Below are positions 23,063 through 33,927 of a DNA stretch of 64,000 bases, piece by piece (the stretch's first letter is position 1; every line of letters starts with the position of its first letter). The notes under the pieces are model-generated. The model was given only the letters and a program-made list of their open reading frames with translations, made no database searches and was not told where the DNA came from. A program made the position numbers and the translations under genes. The stretch comes from Bdellovibrionales bacterium (GTDB lineage Bacteria > Bdellovibrionota > FAC87 > UBA2466): contig SHZA01000005.1 in the NCBI GenBank assembly GCA_009692515.1, positions 2,517 to 66,516 of the forward strand, written 5' to 3'.

Positions 23063-23386
23063 ATGAAACTAATGAATATGTGTAAATTGGCGCTAACGGT
23101 AATGGTAATCTCTTCGGCAAGTGTATTTGCAGAGGAGGGAGCTCATGCAGCTTCTGGTGGAATGGGTTCACTCCTTCCGCTTTCGGTGGGTCTTGCAATG
23201 GCTTTGGCTGTTCTAGGAGCCTCTACAGCACAGGGTAAAATTGGTGCGGCATTTATGGATGGTGTTTCCCGAAATCCAGGAGCACAAAAATCTATGTTTG
23301 TTCCCTTGATTCTATCCTTAGTATTCGTAGAGACACTAGTAGTGGTCACCTTTCTAGTAGCACAAAGTTTACTTGGAAAATTCTAG
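23063..23386 (+). CDS. atpE: F0F1 ATP synthase subunit c, with an N-terminal signal-like extension
   Basis: The 107-aa ORF has a C-terminal c-subunit hairpin (GAAFMDGVSRNPGAQKSMFVPLILSLVFVETLVVV). A strong RBS (AGGAGG) at 23063 supports the long form. Confidence 0.85.
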   Translation: MKLMNMCKLALTVMVISSASVFAEEGAHAASGGMGSLLPLSVGLAMALAVLGASTAQGKIGAAFMDGVSRNPGAQKSMFVPLILSLVFVETLVVVTFLVAQSLLGKF

Positions 23387-23420
23387 TTTTATAACTAGAA
23401 AGCAATAAGAAATAGTTTTG

Positions 23421-23457
23421 AAAACCATCTGTATCGTAAGGTATGGATGGTTTTTTT
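23421..23457 (+). terminator. putative intrinsic terminator after atpE
   Basis: A short hairpin (CCATC...GATGG) is followed by a T7 run. Confidence 0.4.
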
Positions 23458-23493
23458 GTTTTATGGAGTGTAACTAAATTTGCAGAGCAGAGT

Positions 23494-26322
23494 TTATTTA
23501 TTAAGGGTCTTTTTTAAATACCGACCGGTGTAAGAGTTATTTACCAGAGAAAGACCCTCGGGAGTTCCCTGGAAAAGGATCTCTCCTCCACCACCGCCAC
23601 CCTCTGGGCCTAAATCAATTAAGTAGTCGGCCTGTTTGATCACATCTAAGTTGTGTTCAATCACTATTACGGTGTTTCCGTGCTCGACTAATAGTTGAAG
23701 AATTTGCAGTAGCTTTCTAACGTCCTCAAAGTGTAGGCCTGTAGTGGGCTCATCTAAAATATAGATAGTTCTTCCGGTGGCTCGTCGACTTAATTCCTTT
23801 GCTAATTTAATTCGCTGAGCCTCTCCGCCAGAAAGAGTTACCGCATTTTGTCCTACCTGAAGATAGCCTAAGCCCACATCTAATAAGGTGGTTAATTTGC
23901 TTTTGATTTGGGGAACTCGCTCAAAAAATAGTGCGGCCTGCTCTGTGGTCATTGTAAGCACATCGGCAATACTTTTTCCTCGATAATGAACATCAAGTGT
24001 CTCGCGATTATATCGAGCTCCTCGACAGACCTCGCATTGGACGTAGACGTCGGGTAAAAAATTCATAGTGATTTTAAGGTTCCCATCACCGGAGCAGGCG
24101 CTGCATCTGCCGCCCTCAACATTAAAAGAGAATCTTCCGGCTCCATACCCGCGCACCTTTGCCTCTGGAAGGCCTGAAAAAAGGGCTCTAATATCGGTGA
24201 AAAGGCCCGTATAGGTCGCGGGATTTGATCTGGGCGTTCTTCCTATGGGGCTTTGATCGACATAGATTACCTTGTCTAAATATTCGATCCCTTCCATGGC
24301 ATCTAGATCGCTGAAACTTTGCGTGCGTCCTGAAAACTTAAGTTGCAAAGCGGTCAAAAGAGTGTCGATCACAAGGGTGCTTTTTCCAGAGCCGGAAACC
24401 CCAGTGACGCAGATGAGTGTTCCCAGGGGAAAGTTCACATTAATATTTTTTAGGTTGTTCTGTCTGGCTCCGAGAAGTTTCAGATACCGCCCACCAGAAG
24501 CGGCTCTTCGTTGGTGCGGAATTTCTATTTTCATTTTTCCTGATAGGTATTGTCCTGTGAGTCCGCGAGACTCTTTTTTTAGGTCCTCTGGAGATCCCTG
24601 AAAAAGAATCTCTCCGCCGTGCTCACCCGCTCCGGGACCAATATCGATGACAAAATCGGCGCGCTCGATAGTTTCCTCGTCGTGTTCTACGACTAAAACG
24701 GAATTACCCTGATCTCTTAAGCCTTGAAGTGTCTTAATAAGCTTATCATTGTCCTTTTGGTGCAGTCCGATGCTGGGCTCATCTAGGACATAAAGAACAC
24801 CCACTAGATTAGATCCGATTTGAGTGGCCAGGCGAATGCGTTGTGATTCTCCACCTGAAAGGGTCGCAGACGATCGAGATAAAGAAAGATAGGACAACCC
24901 GACATTACTTAAAAAGTAGAGTCTTGAAATAATTTCTTTCAGAATGGGTTCGGCGATTGCAATATGTTGTTTGCCGAAGGACAAAGATTCCACAAAGGTA
25001 ATCGCCTCTGAAATGGGGAGTTGAGAAACGGTGGCTATATTTTTATCACCGATAAAAATAGATAAACTTTCTTTTTTAAGCCGGGCACCCAGGCAAGAGG
25101 GACAGTTTTTATGACTGATGTATTGACTGAGTTCGTAATCATCATAGGTGGAACCACTTTCCGATAGCTTCTCCTGAAGCGTGGGAATGACTCCATCAAA
25201 AGTTTGTTTAAACGCATGGGTGGAGCCCCAGCCCTTTGCCTTAAACTCAATCTCTTCTGAACCGGAGCCGTAAAAAATAATATTTTGTGCCTCCTCAGGA
25301 ATTGTTTGAAAGGGGTCAATAAGACTAAAGAAATACTTTTCAGAAAGTGGCTGAAATACCTTTTCAAGCCACGGACGTGGCTTAGAGACCCAGGGAAGAA
25401 TGGCACCCTGCAAAATTGAGAGTTTTCCATTGGGAACAATAAGAATGGGATCAAACTTAGGGAGTGATCCTAGCCCCGCACAATCGGGACAAGACCCATG
25501 CGGACTATTAAAGGAAAAACTTCTTGGTTCTACCTCGGGGACGCTAGTTCCACAATCTGCACAACCATAACGGGTCGACATAAATCGTGGTGGCATTTTT
25601 TCGTCGAAGTAACGAATCTCAATAACACCTTCCGCTAGCTTATTAGCAATCTCTAGTGCGTCCATTAGACGGCTTTCAATTCCCGCCTTTAATACTAAAC
25701 GGTCTATGTAAATAGAAATGTCATGCTTGAAGCTTTTTTTAAGTTTGAGAGGAGCCGATAAACTGACCTCTTCACCATCAATATCTGCGCGAACAAATCC
25801 CTGGCTTCTTACCTCGGTAAGCTCCCTTTGAAACTCCCCTTTTTTTCCTCTGGCAATCGGAGCAAGAACAGCAAATTTAGTTCCAATCGCTCCCTGCATA
25901 ATATGATTTCGAATTTGGTCTAAGGTTTGACTGTCAATCGGCTTTCCACAAACGTAGCAATGAGGAATGCCTGCTCTGGCATAAAGCAATCTGAGAAAAT
26001 CATAAATTTCGGTAATGGTTCCCACGGTAGATCGTGGGTTTCTTGAAATATTTTTTTGTTCAATAGAAATAGAGGGAGAAAGGCCATCAATGCTATCCAC
26101 GTCGGGCTTTTTCATTTGACCAAGAAACTGTCTCGCATAAGCGGAAAGGGACTCTAAGTAACGGCGTTGCCCTTCGGCGTAGATGGTATCAAAGGCAAGA
26201 GATGATTTTCCAGACCCACTTAATCCGGTGATAACGACGAGTCGATTTTTTGGGATAGTGATAGAAATGTTTTTAAGATTGTGTTCCCTCGCACCCTTTA
26301 TGACAATTTCTTTACTCCGCAT
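23494..26322 (-). CDS. uvrA: excinuclease ABC subunit A
   Basis: The 942-aa ORF has two ABC ATPase modules ([20 protein letters not shown]) and zinc-finger Cys clusters. Confidence 0.95.
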   Translation of the reverse strand: MRSKEIVIKGAREHNLKNISITIPKNRLVVITGLSGSGKSSLAFDTIYAEGQRRYLESLSAYARQFLGQMKKPDVDSIDGLSPSISIEQKNISRNPRSTVGTITEIYDFLRLLYARAGIPHCYVCGKPIDSQTLDQIRNHIMQGAIGTKFAVLAPIARGKKGEFQRELTEVRSQGFVRADIDGEEVSLSAPLKLKKSFKHDISIYIDRLVLKAGIESRLMDALEIANKLAEGVIEIRYFDEKMPPRFMSTRYGCADCGTSVPEVEPRSFSFNSPHGSCPDCAGLGSLPKFDPILIVPNGKLSILQGAILPWVSKPRPWLEKVFQPLSEKYFFSLIDPFQTIPEEAQNIIFYGSGSEEIEFKAKGWGSTHAFKQTFDGVIPTLQEKLSESGSTYDDYELSQYISHKNCPSCLGARLKKESLSIFIGDKNIATVSQLPISEAITFVESLSFGKQHIAIAEPILKEIISRLYFLSNVGLSYLSLSRSSATLSGGESQRIRLATQIGSNLVGVLYVLDEPSIGLHQKDNDKLIKTLQGLRDQGNSVLVVEHDEETIERADFVIDIGPGAGEHGGEILFQGSPEDLKKESRGLTGQYLSGKMKIEIPHQRRAASGGRYLKLLGARQNNLKNINVNFPLGTLICVTGVSGSGKSTLVIDTLLTALQLKFSGRTQSFSDLDAMEGIEYLDKVIYVDQSPIGRTPRSNPATYTGLFTDIRALFSGLPEAKVRGYGAGRFSFNVEGGRCSACSGDGNLKITMNFLPDVYVQCEVCRGARYNRETLDVHYRGKSIADVLTMTTEQAALFFERVPQIKSKLTTLLDVGLGYLQVGQNAVTLSGGEAQRIKLAKELSRRATGRTIYILDEPTTGLHFEDVRKLLQILQLLVEHGNTVIVIEHNLDVIKQADYLIDLGPEGGGGGGEILFQGTPEGLSLVNNSYTGRYLKKTLNK

Positions 26323-26328
26323 AACACC

Positions 26329-27693
26329 TTAGCAAACTTCATTTAATAAAACGGAAACGGTTCCTTCCATTTGCGCCTGTATCTCCTTAAGTCGTTTCTC
26401 AGAGGTGGCCTCAAAACGGAAAACTAAAACAGCCTGGGTATTAGAGGCTCGCACGAGACCCCATCCATCAGGATACTCCACTCGTGCACCATCGATTTCA
26501 TTTACCTTCAAACCGAGGCTCTTAAACCGCTCCAATGCTTTTTGGACCACCGAAAACTTAATCTCATCAGGACAGTCACGACGAATCTCTGGTGTGGCAA
26601 ATGAGCTTGGAAGATCGGCCAACAGCTCAGAGGTTGTTTTTTTTGTTTCCGAAAGAATTTCGAATAATCGCGCGGCGGCATAAATAGCGTCGTCAAAACC
26701 ATAATAGCGGTCACTAAAAAACATATGCCCCGACATTTCACCCGCAAGCAAAGCGCCCGCCTCCTTCATTTTGGCCTTAATAAGACTATGACCTGTTTTC
26801 CAGAGAATGGGTTTTCCTCCGTGAGCAGCAATGTCATTAAATAGGCGATGAGAGGCCTTTACCTCTGAAATAATAGTGGCACCCTTGTGTTTTTGTAAAA
26901 TAGAGCGAGCATATAAAACTAAAAGCTCATCGCCATAAACCGGTTTTCCAGAGGGGTCTACGACTCCCAAACGATCTGCATCTCCATCAAACCCAATGCC
27001 GACCACAGCACCTGTTTTTTTAACCATGGCCACGAGAGCGGTAAGGTTTTCCATTACGGTGGGGTCTGGGTGGTGGTTGGGAAAGGTTCCATCAAGCTCT
27101 GAATAAAGCTCGGTGACTTGACAGCCAAGTTTTCTGAAAATTTCCGGAGCGATCATTCCGCCCATGCCATTGCCACTATCGATCACAACATTAAGGTTAA
27201 GCGGATGCTTAATATTCTTAATAATCATTTCGGTGTAGGCCGGCACCACATCTGCCTCACTTCGCGTTCCAGAACCGGAGGTAAAATCTCCAGCTAATAG
27301 CAAAGCCTTAATTTCTTGAATGTCCTCTCCATAAATGGTGGAGGCACCCACACAGATTTTAAAACCATTGTGCTCTGGGGGATTGTGGCTTCCCGTTATC
27401 ATGATGCCACCCTCTGTTTTTAGTTGAATCACAGAAAAATAGAGTAACGGTGTGGGAACTAAACCCACATCGATCACATGGATGCCAGAGGCCAGGAGCC
27501 CTTCGGTTAGTGCCGTTTTAATTCGATCGGAACTTATTCGGCAGTCTCTACCCAAGGTAATTTTCTTTCCGCCTTTTCTTGAAATAAAAGTTCCAATGGC
27601 CCTACCCAAAGAAACAACAGTGGCATTGCCCAGGTCTTTATCTGCCACCCCACGGATATCATATTCGCGAAACATTTTCTCATTTAGAGTCAT
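26329..27693 (-). CDS. phosphomannomutase/phosphoglucomutase family protein
   Basis: The ORF has the active-site motif [13 protein letters not shown]. The track ORF extends to 27861, but homology begins at [15 protein letters not shown], which corresponds to the ATG at 27693. Confidence 0.85.
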   Translation of the reverse strand: MTLNEKMFREYDIRGVADKDLGNATVVSLGRAIGTFISRKGGKKITLGRDCRISSDRIKTALTEGLLASGIHVIDVGLVPTPLLYFSVIQLKTEGGIMITGSHNPPEHNGFKICVGASTIYGEDIQEIKALLLAGDFTSGSGTRSEADVVPAYTEMIIKNIKHPLNLNVVIDSGNGMGGMIAPEIFRKLGCQVTELYSELDGTFPNHHPDPTVMENLTALVAMVKKTGAVVGIGFDGDADRLGVVDPSGKPVYGDELLVLYARSILQKHKGATIISEVKASHRLFNDIAAHGGKPILWKTGHSLIKAKMKEAGALLAGEMSGHMFFSDRYYGFDDAIYAAARLFEILSETKKTTSELLADLPSSFATPEIRRDCPDEIKFSVVQKALERFKSLGLKVNEIDGARVEYPDGWGLVRASNTQAVLVFRFEATSEKRLKEIQAQMEGTVSVLLNEVC

Positions 27694-28702
27694 CGGTATT
27701 CCTTTTTGGTTCATCTGAGGTGAAGATGATGTTGGATTCCACTTTTTTCTTTTCAATCCACAGGGCCATTTTCTTTTCGAGTTCAATTGCGACCATTTGA
27801 TTTTTAAGGAGCTCCTTTTTCTCTTTGGGCAGAGTAGAAAAATCGGGGGTTCGAATCTCAAGAAGCTTTAAAATATGAAACCCGTCGGCCATTTTTAAGG
27901 GTAAGGTGATTTTTCCAATTGCAGTTTTTGGAATGACCGCTTTAAATTCCTTCGATAGCGAAGATAAAGAGAAGTAACCCAAAACACCCTCTGGGCTTTG
28001 CGAATCATCGGAATACTCTTTTGCCAGACGAGAAAAGTCGTCGGTTTTTTTATTAAGCTCGACCCAAATAGTTTTAGCCCTTTTTTCTGCTTCGATAATG
28101 CCCTCAGCGCCCTTTTCTTTTGGGGCAATTAAAATGTGAGCAAGCTTAAACTCCCTTTCCATTTCATCCGAAGTAGAGTTTCTCAAATGAAAATGGCGTA
28201 ACTGCTCCTCTGAAATTTCTAAAGAAGGCCGAACCTCTCTATCGATAAGATTTCTTCTTTCAATTTGTCTTTTAATCCCCTCTTTATACTCAGCCAAGGT
28301 GGATCCTAATTGCTTAAGTCGTTCTGTTAACTGGGCCTGACCGATCCCGTTTCGTTTTAAAATAGAATTAATCTGACCCTCGATTTCTTGAGGGCTAGCT
28401 CCGAGGTCTAATTTTTTGACCTGTTGATTGACCAGTCGCTCCTCAACAAGAAGTTGGAGTGCGGATGTTCTGTTATCTATGACCGCATTAGGAATGCCAC
28501 CAAACAACTCCTGGAAACTTTTTGATTTTATTTTTTTCTGAAAAACAGCAATGTCAGATTCCAAAATAGGCTCATCATTAATAATCACAATGGTTTTATC
28601 AATAATTTTGGGTGCCGCTCCAACAAAAGAACAAACGAAGAACAGATAAAAAAGGTTACAAAGTTGAGTTGAAAAGATTTTCATTTCTGTAGATTTCTCC
28701 AT
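27680..28702 (-). CDS. SurA-like periplasmic chaperone / parvulin-type PPIase (paralog 1)
   Basis: The 340-aa ORF has a signal peptide, a SurA N-domain-like region and a PpiC parvulin domain (HILIA...GVLGYF...GFHILKL). Confidence 0.75.
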   Translation of the reverse strand: MEKSTEMKIFSTQLCNLFYLFFVCSFVGAAPKIIDKTIVIINDEPILESDIAVFQKKIKSKSFQELFGGIPNAVIDNRTSALQLLVEERLVNQQVKKLDLGASPQEIEGQINSILKRNGIGQAQLTERLKQLGSTLAEYKEGIKRQIERRNLIDREVRPSLEISEEQLRHFHLRNSTSDEMEREFKLAHILIAPKEKGAEGIIEAEKRAKTIWVELNKKTDDFSRLAKEYSDDSQSPEGVLGYFSLSSLSKEFKAVIPKTAIGKITLPLKMADGFHILKLLEIRTPDFSTLPKEKKELLKNQMVAIELEKKMALWIEKKKVESNIIFTSDEPKRNTDDSK

Positions 28703-29612
28703 CTTTTAAAAGCTTGGCCAGCCATTCTTTATAAACGCGGCCCTCTTTGTCTTTTTTTAGTGTCTTTACAATTTCTGCTTTTGCCTCATTAAACTGCAAC
28801 CGTTTTGCTAGCTTTTTTTCGACAACCTTAAGCAGGTGCACACCGTATCGACTAGAAATAGGTTTGGAAAGGGTGTTTATTTTTAGTTGAAAGGCCTCAT
28901 TAAAAGCATCGATCTTTTCGTTTTTAGCAAAAAACCCAAGATCGCCACCTTTACTAGCGTCGGGACTCATAGATCGGGCTCGCGCAGCCGATTCGAAGGT
29001 GGTTTTGCCGGTAAGAAGTTCCTGTCGAACCTTTTCTGCCTCCTCCTTTGTGGGGACTACGATTTGAAAGGCGTGAACGCGTTCGGGCTCTATGAACTCC
29101 TTTTCGTGTTGATGAAAGTAGGTTTTTACCTCCTCATCGGGCACGAGGGTTTCATTGGCAAATAGCGATTCGGTGATTTTTTCAACGAGAAGCTGGTCTT
29201 CAATTCTTTGTTTTAATTGAAGCTCGGTGGTGTTCTGCTTTTTGAGCATTTCCGCGAATCCACCAGGGGGATACCCGTCCTTCCAATTGGCTAAACGACT
29301 CTCTACCTGTTCGCGTCCGACACGAACCTGGTGTTTTACGCTCTCTTGTCTTACTAGCGTAAGAATGACCAATTCATTGAGTGCTCGAATTTTTAGTTGA
29401 TCAATTATTTTGGGGTTTTTTTGAGAAACATCATCTTGTTCGGCCTTTAGCTGCTCGTAGCTAGTTAAAAAATCGCCATAATAAACAGGATCGCCATTAA
29501 CCGTTGCGATGATAGCCGTTTTCTTATCCTCTAATTTCGAGGTGCAACCCGGGAAAAAAAAAACCAAGAAGAGAACTAACAAACCACAAAATCTCATTTT
29601 AGTTTTACCCAA
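28656..29612 (-). CDS. parvulin-type PPIase, probable lipoprotein (paralog 2)
   Basis: The 318-aa ORF has an N-terminus with Cys after a hydrophobic stretch (FFPGC) and a PpiC domain (VHAFQIVV...GGDLGFF...GVHLLKV). Confidence 0.7.
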   Translation of the reverse strand: MGKTKMRFCGLLVLFLVFFFPGCTSKLEDKKTAIIATVNGDPVYYGDFLTSYEQLKAEQDDVSQKNPKIIDQLKIRALNELVILTLVRQESVKHQVRVGREQVESRLANWKDGYPPGGFAEMLKKQNTTELQLKQRIEDQLLVEKITESLFANETLVPDEEVKTYFHQHEKEFIEPERVHAFQIVVPTKEEAEKVRQELLTGKTTFESAARARSMSPDASKGGDLGFFAKNEKIDAFNEAFQLKINTLSKPISSRYGVHLLKVVEKKLAKRLQFNEAKAEIVKTLKKDKEGRVYKEWLAKLLKDGEIYRNENLFNSTL

Positions 29613-30391
29613 AGGGAAGGGGGTTCGACCGTTGCTTTTTGTTCAAGATCTTTTAAGAGGTCATTTAAAAGAGCAAGCTCTCTTTCCTGTTCAAAACGGC
29701 CCTGTAGAAATTGTAAATAGGATGCCGGCGCTGCGGTGAAGGGTTTTTTCTCAAACCACTGAAATAGATGGACCGTATTTCCTATCTCTATGGGATCGGA
29801 AACTGAGTTTTTAGAAAGGGCCAGAACCCTTAAGTAAACCGCCTCTGGAAAATTATGCGGTCCACGAAAGTCGGTGTCTCCACCAAAAAGGCCAGCAGAG
29901 TCTTGGGAAAACTGAGTGCATAATGATTCGAAGGAGCTCTCTTTTTTTAGGCCTTTTTGGATTTGATCAAGGGCTAAGTCGGCCACCTGTTTTTCCATTT
30001 CGGTGCGTCTATTTAAAACGAGATGCCGAATTCTAACCAGTGGGAATTTGGTGTAAAAGTTGTGAAGCTCCTTTTCCGTAGGGCTAAACTCCTTCTTTTT
30101 TGTTTTTCGCTCCTCTTCAATAAACCGTTTATATAGAAGGGCATTGATCTCAGCTTGAATTTCTGGTGTTCGCTCAAGGCCACGTTTTTTAGCCTCTTGA
30201 ACGATTAAGCGATATTGAATAAGGCGCTTAATTTTTTCATCACGAGTTTTTGCTTGGGTGTCATGAAGGAGATCCTCCTCAAAAAGGGGTTCCCCATTTA
30301 TTTTCCCAAGCTCTAGCGACGGGATGGCAGCCGCAGATAACCAGGTAGACAGAAAAACAAAAAAGAAGATTGAGAGTTTAAGCATGGGCAC
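29594..30391 (-). CDS. SurA/PrsA-like parvulin-type PPIase (paralog 3, divergent)
   Basis: The 265-aa ORF has a signal peptide and a degenerate parvulin domain (RIRHLVL...GGDTDF...GNTVHLFQ). Confidence 0.6.
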   Translation of the reverse strand: MPMLKLSIFFFVFLSTWLSAAAIPSLELGKINGEPLFEEDLLHDTQAKTRDEKIKRLIQYRLIVQEAKKRGLERTPEIQAEINALLYKRFIEEERKTKKKEFSPTEKELHNFYTKFPLVRIRHLVLNRRTEMEKQVADLALDQIQKGLKKESSFESLCTQFSQDSAGLFGGDTDFRGPHNFPEAVYLRVLALSKNSVSDPIEIGNTVHLFQWFEKKPFTAAPASYLQFLQGRFEQERELALLNDLLKDLEQKATVEPPSLWVKLK

Positions 30392-30450
30392 ATGCTAGCG
30401 GAATCTTGCCTGCTGTGCAATCCCTGGTGCACCAAGACAGAATAGAGGGC

Positions 30451-31023
30451 CTACGTTTTTTTCTCTTTATTTGCATGGAACGAAAGAAGGTCTTTAATCA
30501 CCTCTTCAGGCGTCCATTCATTCTCTTTATAATCTTTGAGGGGGTTTAATAGCGGGCCCAATAAGACACTCTTGGAGTTGTGAGTAATTAGGCCATTAGA
30601 AGGAAATGCAAGCGCGTTAAACTCTGCGGAAAAATCGGAAAGTACCCGATCGGGACCGGTCGCCAAGGTGAAATAGACCTCATTGAGACCGAACTTTTTT
30701 CCATACCGCTTCAACACCGAAGGAGAGTCTTGAGTGGGATCTAGCGTTACAATAAGAAACTTAAGTGGAACGGTGGGTGCAGATTTTTTCCACGCCGTAA
30801 ATAGGCGCCTATTTAATGACATCGTAAGCGGACACATTTTGGGTAAGGGACATCGCGTATAGATAAAGGAAACAAAAAGATAGCTCCCTTTCATATCGTT
30901 TAGTTCAAAGGATTTTCCATCTTGGTTCTGTAGGGTGTAATTTTTTAAAGGGGCCTCGGCTCTCGCAAAAAAAGAGCACAGAGACAGACTAAAAAGAAGG
31001 ATTCCAAAAAGAGAGTTCAGCAT
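30451..31023 (-). CDS. SCO1/SenC family thioredoxin-fold copper chaperone
   Basis: The 190-aa ORF has a signal peptide, the motif FIYTRCPLPKMCP and a downstream conserved His (ITHNSKSVLLGP). Confidence 0.7.
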   Translation of the reverse strand: MLNSLFGILLFSLSLCSFFARAEAPLKNYTLQNQDGKSFELNDMKGSYLFVSFIYTRCPLPKMCPLTMSLNRRLFTAWKKSAPTVPLKFLIVTLDPTQDSPSVLKRYGKKFGLNEVYFTLATGPDRVLSDFSAEFNALAFPSNGLITHNSKSVLLGPLLNPLKDYKENEWTPEEVIKDLLSFHANKEKKT

Positions 31024-31159
31024 AATAAGCCTTCCCTAAAAAGAGGATGACGCACCCGCAAGATAGCGGCCTGCTTTGTGAAACGATAATTTAGTGGCAT
31101 AATAGATAGAACATCTTTTTTAATAAGACCCAACAAAAAAATTAAACGAAATTGAGCCG

Positions 31160-32422
31160 ATGAAGATTCTTTTCTTAAATCAGACATTTTATCCAGATTC
31201 TGTGGCCACCGCTCAGCAATTAACCGATCTTGCGACCTATTTAGTTCAAAAGGGACATGACGTGAGTGTGATCGCTGGAAGGCGAGGCTATGAAAACAAA
31301 GAGGCGGTCTTTGCGTCGAGAGAAACCTTTCGGGGAATTAAAATTCATAGACTACAAACTACGGGATTCGGCAAACAACGATTTGCTTTGCGGCTGTTTG
31401 ATGCACTTACTTTTGATCTCATGTTGGTTTTGAAGCTCCTTTTTTTCCCGCCACAGGATATTGTGGTTAGTTTTACATCTCCACCGCTGATTGGATTTTT
31501 GGGAGGGTTTTTCTGTCGTCTTAAAGGGGGCAGGGCCGTTCAGTGGTTAATGGATATTAATCCCGCCGCTGCCTTTGCCGTGGGTTATTTAAAAAGAACC
31601 TCTCTGGTGGGTAGAGTTTTGAGTTGGGCATTTAAGGTAAGTCTGAGGTCTAGTTCTCACATTGTTGTTTTAGATAAATGGATGAAAAAGGTGGCCGTTG
31701 AATATGGGGGATCACATGATAAGATCTCTGTAATTCATCCCTGGTCTCTTTTTGAGCCCGCAGAAGGACCACTCCATCAGAATGAATCCTGTTTTCGAAA
31801 AACGAATAATTTAATCAATAAGACCTTAATAATGTACTCAGGAAACCACAGTGTGGTTCATCCGCTTGCTACGGTGCTACAGGCGGCAAAGCAAATGAGG
31901 GCAGACAGCACTATTGTATTTGTTTTTGTGGGGGGTGGATTGAGATCTTTAGAGGTGAAGGCCTTTAAAGAAAAAGAGAACCTATCTAATATTGTTCAAT
32001 TGCCATTGGTTCCAAGAGAACAGTTGACCGACTCACTCACAAGTGTAGATGCCCACATCGTAGTGATGGGAGATGCGGTAAACGGGCTTGTTCATACCTC
32101 TAAGGTATATGGAGCTATCGCAACGGGAAAACCGATCATTTATATTGGGCCGAAAAAAAGCCACGTCATGGATCTTTTAATCAACTGTAAACAAAGCCAT
32201 CATTCGGAACACGGAGATGTCGAGAGTGTTGTTGCTGCCATCTCAGAGATTAAAGCACTTTCTAAAGAAACAAAAGAACGTGTAGCGGTAGAAAATAAAA
32301 TGTTTTATCGGAATCAATTTTCCGCGGAAAAATGTTTTACCGTTTTTTCAGAAGAGGTGCTTCGAATGCCAATGGATCGGGTTGAACTAGAGCCGACTAC
32401 ACTTTCCGGCATGCCTATTTAA
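31160..32422 (+). CDS. GT-B fold glycosyltransferase (GT4/WcaI-like)
   Basis: The 420-aa ORF has an N-terminus (MKILFLNQTFYPDSVATAQQL) and C-terminal Rossmann region typical of family 4 glycosyltransferases. Confidence 0.7.
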   Translation: MKILFLNQTFYPDSVATAQQLTDLATYLVQKGHDVSVIAGRRGYENKEAVFASRETFRGIKIHRLQTTGFGKQRFALRLFDALTFDLMLVLKLLFFPPQDIVVSFTSPPLIGFLGGFFCRLKGGRAVQWLMDINPAAAFAVGYLKRTSLVGRVLSWAFKVSLRSSSHIVVLDKWMKKVAVEYGGSHDKISVIHPWSLFEPAEGPLHQNESCFRKTNNLINKTLIMYSGNHSVVHPLATVLQAAKQMRADSTIVFVFVGGGLRSLEVKAFKEKENLSNIVQLPLVPREQLTDSLTSVDAHIVVMGDAVNGLVHTSKVYGAIATGKPIIYIGPKKSHVMDLLINCKQSHHSEHGDVESVVAAISEIKALSKETKERVAVENKMFYRNQFSAEKCFTVFSEEVLRMPMDRVELEPTTLSGMPI

Positions 32423-32443
32423 GCCAAGGGCCGGACAGGGCAG

Positions 32444-32848
32444 TTACTGCCCCTCTCGAACTAAATTACGATTCCATGCTGGAATCTCCACAATAAGATC
32501 CTCCTCCCCATTAGGAACACACTGACAGGCTAACCTAGAAGAGGGTCGCACCTCTGGGGCTAAATCCAACATGTCATTTTCGTTATCTGTGGCAACGGAA
32601 CAACTTTGATTCCCCTTTTTCAGATAGACATGACAGGTAGAGCAGGCGCAAACACCGCCACACGCATGGTCAATATCTATCCCGGCACTCATCGCAATAT
32701 CTAAAATACTTCCGGGCAAACCGGTTCCATAAACGGCGGCATCTGGCAGGACTTCAATAGTTTTATCGAGATTCAAAAAAGTAATCCGAAAGGGTTTTTT
32801 GGGTTTCTGAATTTCTGGACACGGAATGTAGGGGTTGGTTCCACCCAT
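32444..32848 (-). CDS. [2Fe-2S] ferredoxin, adrenodoxin/Fdx type
   Basis: The 134-aa ORF has the Cys ligands CGGVCACSTCH ... LACQC. It also has an N-terminal extension of about 30 aa. Confidence 0.8.
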   Translation of the reverse strand: MGGTNPYIPCPEIQKPKKPFRITFLNLDKTIEVLPDAAVYGTGLPGSILDIAMSAGIDIDHACGGVCACSTCHVYLKKGNQSCSVATDNENDMLDLAPEVRPSSRLACQCVPNGEEDLIVEIPAWNRNLVREGQ

Positions 32849-33021
32849 AATCTAACTCTCCTTTCTAAAATGAAATATCGGCCAGCATAACAAGCACAAT
32901 GAAGCAGCGCAACAGGCAATGTAAAAGCGAATATCGACAATAGTAGAAAAGAGTATTATTATATAAGTGTCTTATCAAATTCAAAAAAAAACCTTATTTA
33001 CAACCGTTCCACGGGGGAATC

Positions 33022-33837
33022 ATGAAAAATATTATTATCGGCCTTATTTGCACCTTTAGTTTTTTGTCTGCCACAACTCAAGGTAAAGGAACTGCCGCCT
33101 TTTCCAAAGGAGGATCGGGATTTCTTTTTTCTGACGCCAACTCTTTTAATAACGGGGGACAGATGGCCCAAACTATGGGAACCGCAGTTGAGGGTTACTA
33201 TACTAGACATAACCAGTTAAACACTCAGTCGTTCACACCTTCGGCGGTTTGGGGTTCAGGAAAGGTGGGATTAGGTGCCTTTGCGAAGAGGTCTGGTTCG
33301 GTATTAACTGGAACCGATAGCGCGTATGCAGATTCGGCAGGTGCAGGTTTAGGCGTGAGTTTAGCTCAGGGTCGAGTGACTGTGGGCGGAACGATTACTC
33401 GAAGCCTAGACACGGCACAGTCAAATGATGGGACTGTCAATGCAGCCCTGAACTACAATGGTTCAAAGGGCATGGGCTTTCATATGGGTGGCGGTTTTGG
33501 AACCACTTTAAATAGCTCTTCAAATACAGAAACTCGAACGGTCACTCTTGCCTTGGGCTGGGGCTTTAGCAGCATGGCTAACTTTGAGGTCGATTATAAA
33601 TTAAAAGACCTGGATAACACTAGCAATAACTATACGGTGGGCTCCTATTTAAATTTCGGGGGTTCTAGTTATTATATTGGAACGGGATATATTTATGATA
33701 AGCCAAGCGAGGAAAGCTCGGTCTCTGGTCGATTGGGTTATGTCATGGGAAGTTTAGATTTTTCAGTTCATGGCGAGCACACTTTACTGGATGGACAAAG
33801 TCCCTATTATGGCGCCACACTTCGCGCAGCCTTTTAA
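33022..33837 (+). CDS. outer membrane beta-barrel protein (hypothetical)
   Basis: The 271-aa ORF has a signal peptide, G/S/T/Y-rich alternating strands and a C-terminal ...LRAAF beta-signal. Confidence 0.5.
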   Translation: MKNIIIGLICTFSFLSATTQGKGTAAFSKGGSGFLFSDANSFNNGGQMAQTMGTAVEGYYTRHNQLNTQSFTPSAVWGSGKVGLGAFAKRSGSVLTGTDSAYADSAGAGLGVSLAQGRVTVGGTITRSLDTAQSNDGTVNAALNYNGSKGMGFHMGGGFGTTLNSSSNTETRTVTLALGWGFSSMANFEVDYKLKDLDNTSNNYTVGSYLNFGGSSYYIGTGYIYDKPSEESSVSGRLGYVMGSLDFSVHGEHTLLDGQSPYYGATLRAAF

Positions 33838-33927
33838 TTAGTTCCTGTCGAGAAATGAAAAAAAATTCGCGCGAAGCGTGACACAACAATCCTTTTCGAC
33901 AGCAACTAATCGACGATCCCCATTTCA

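Noticed and set aside
27694-27861. 56-aa basic N-terminal extension on the phosphomannomutase ORF
   Set aside because: Homology starts at [15 protein letters not shown] (ATG 27693). The extension overlaps the preceding PPIase gene end and looks like read-through of the upstream frame.
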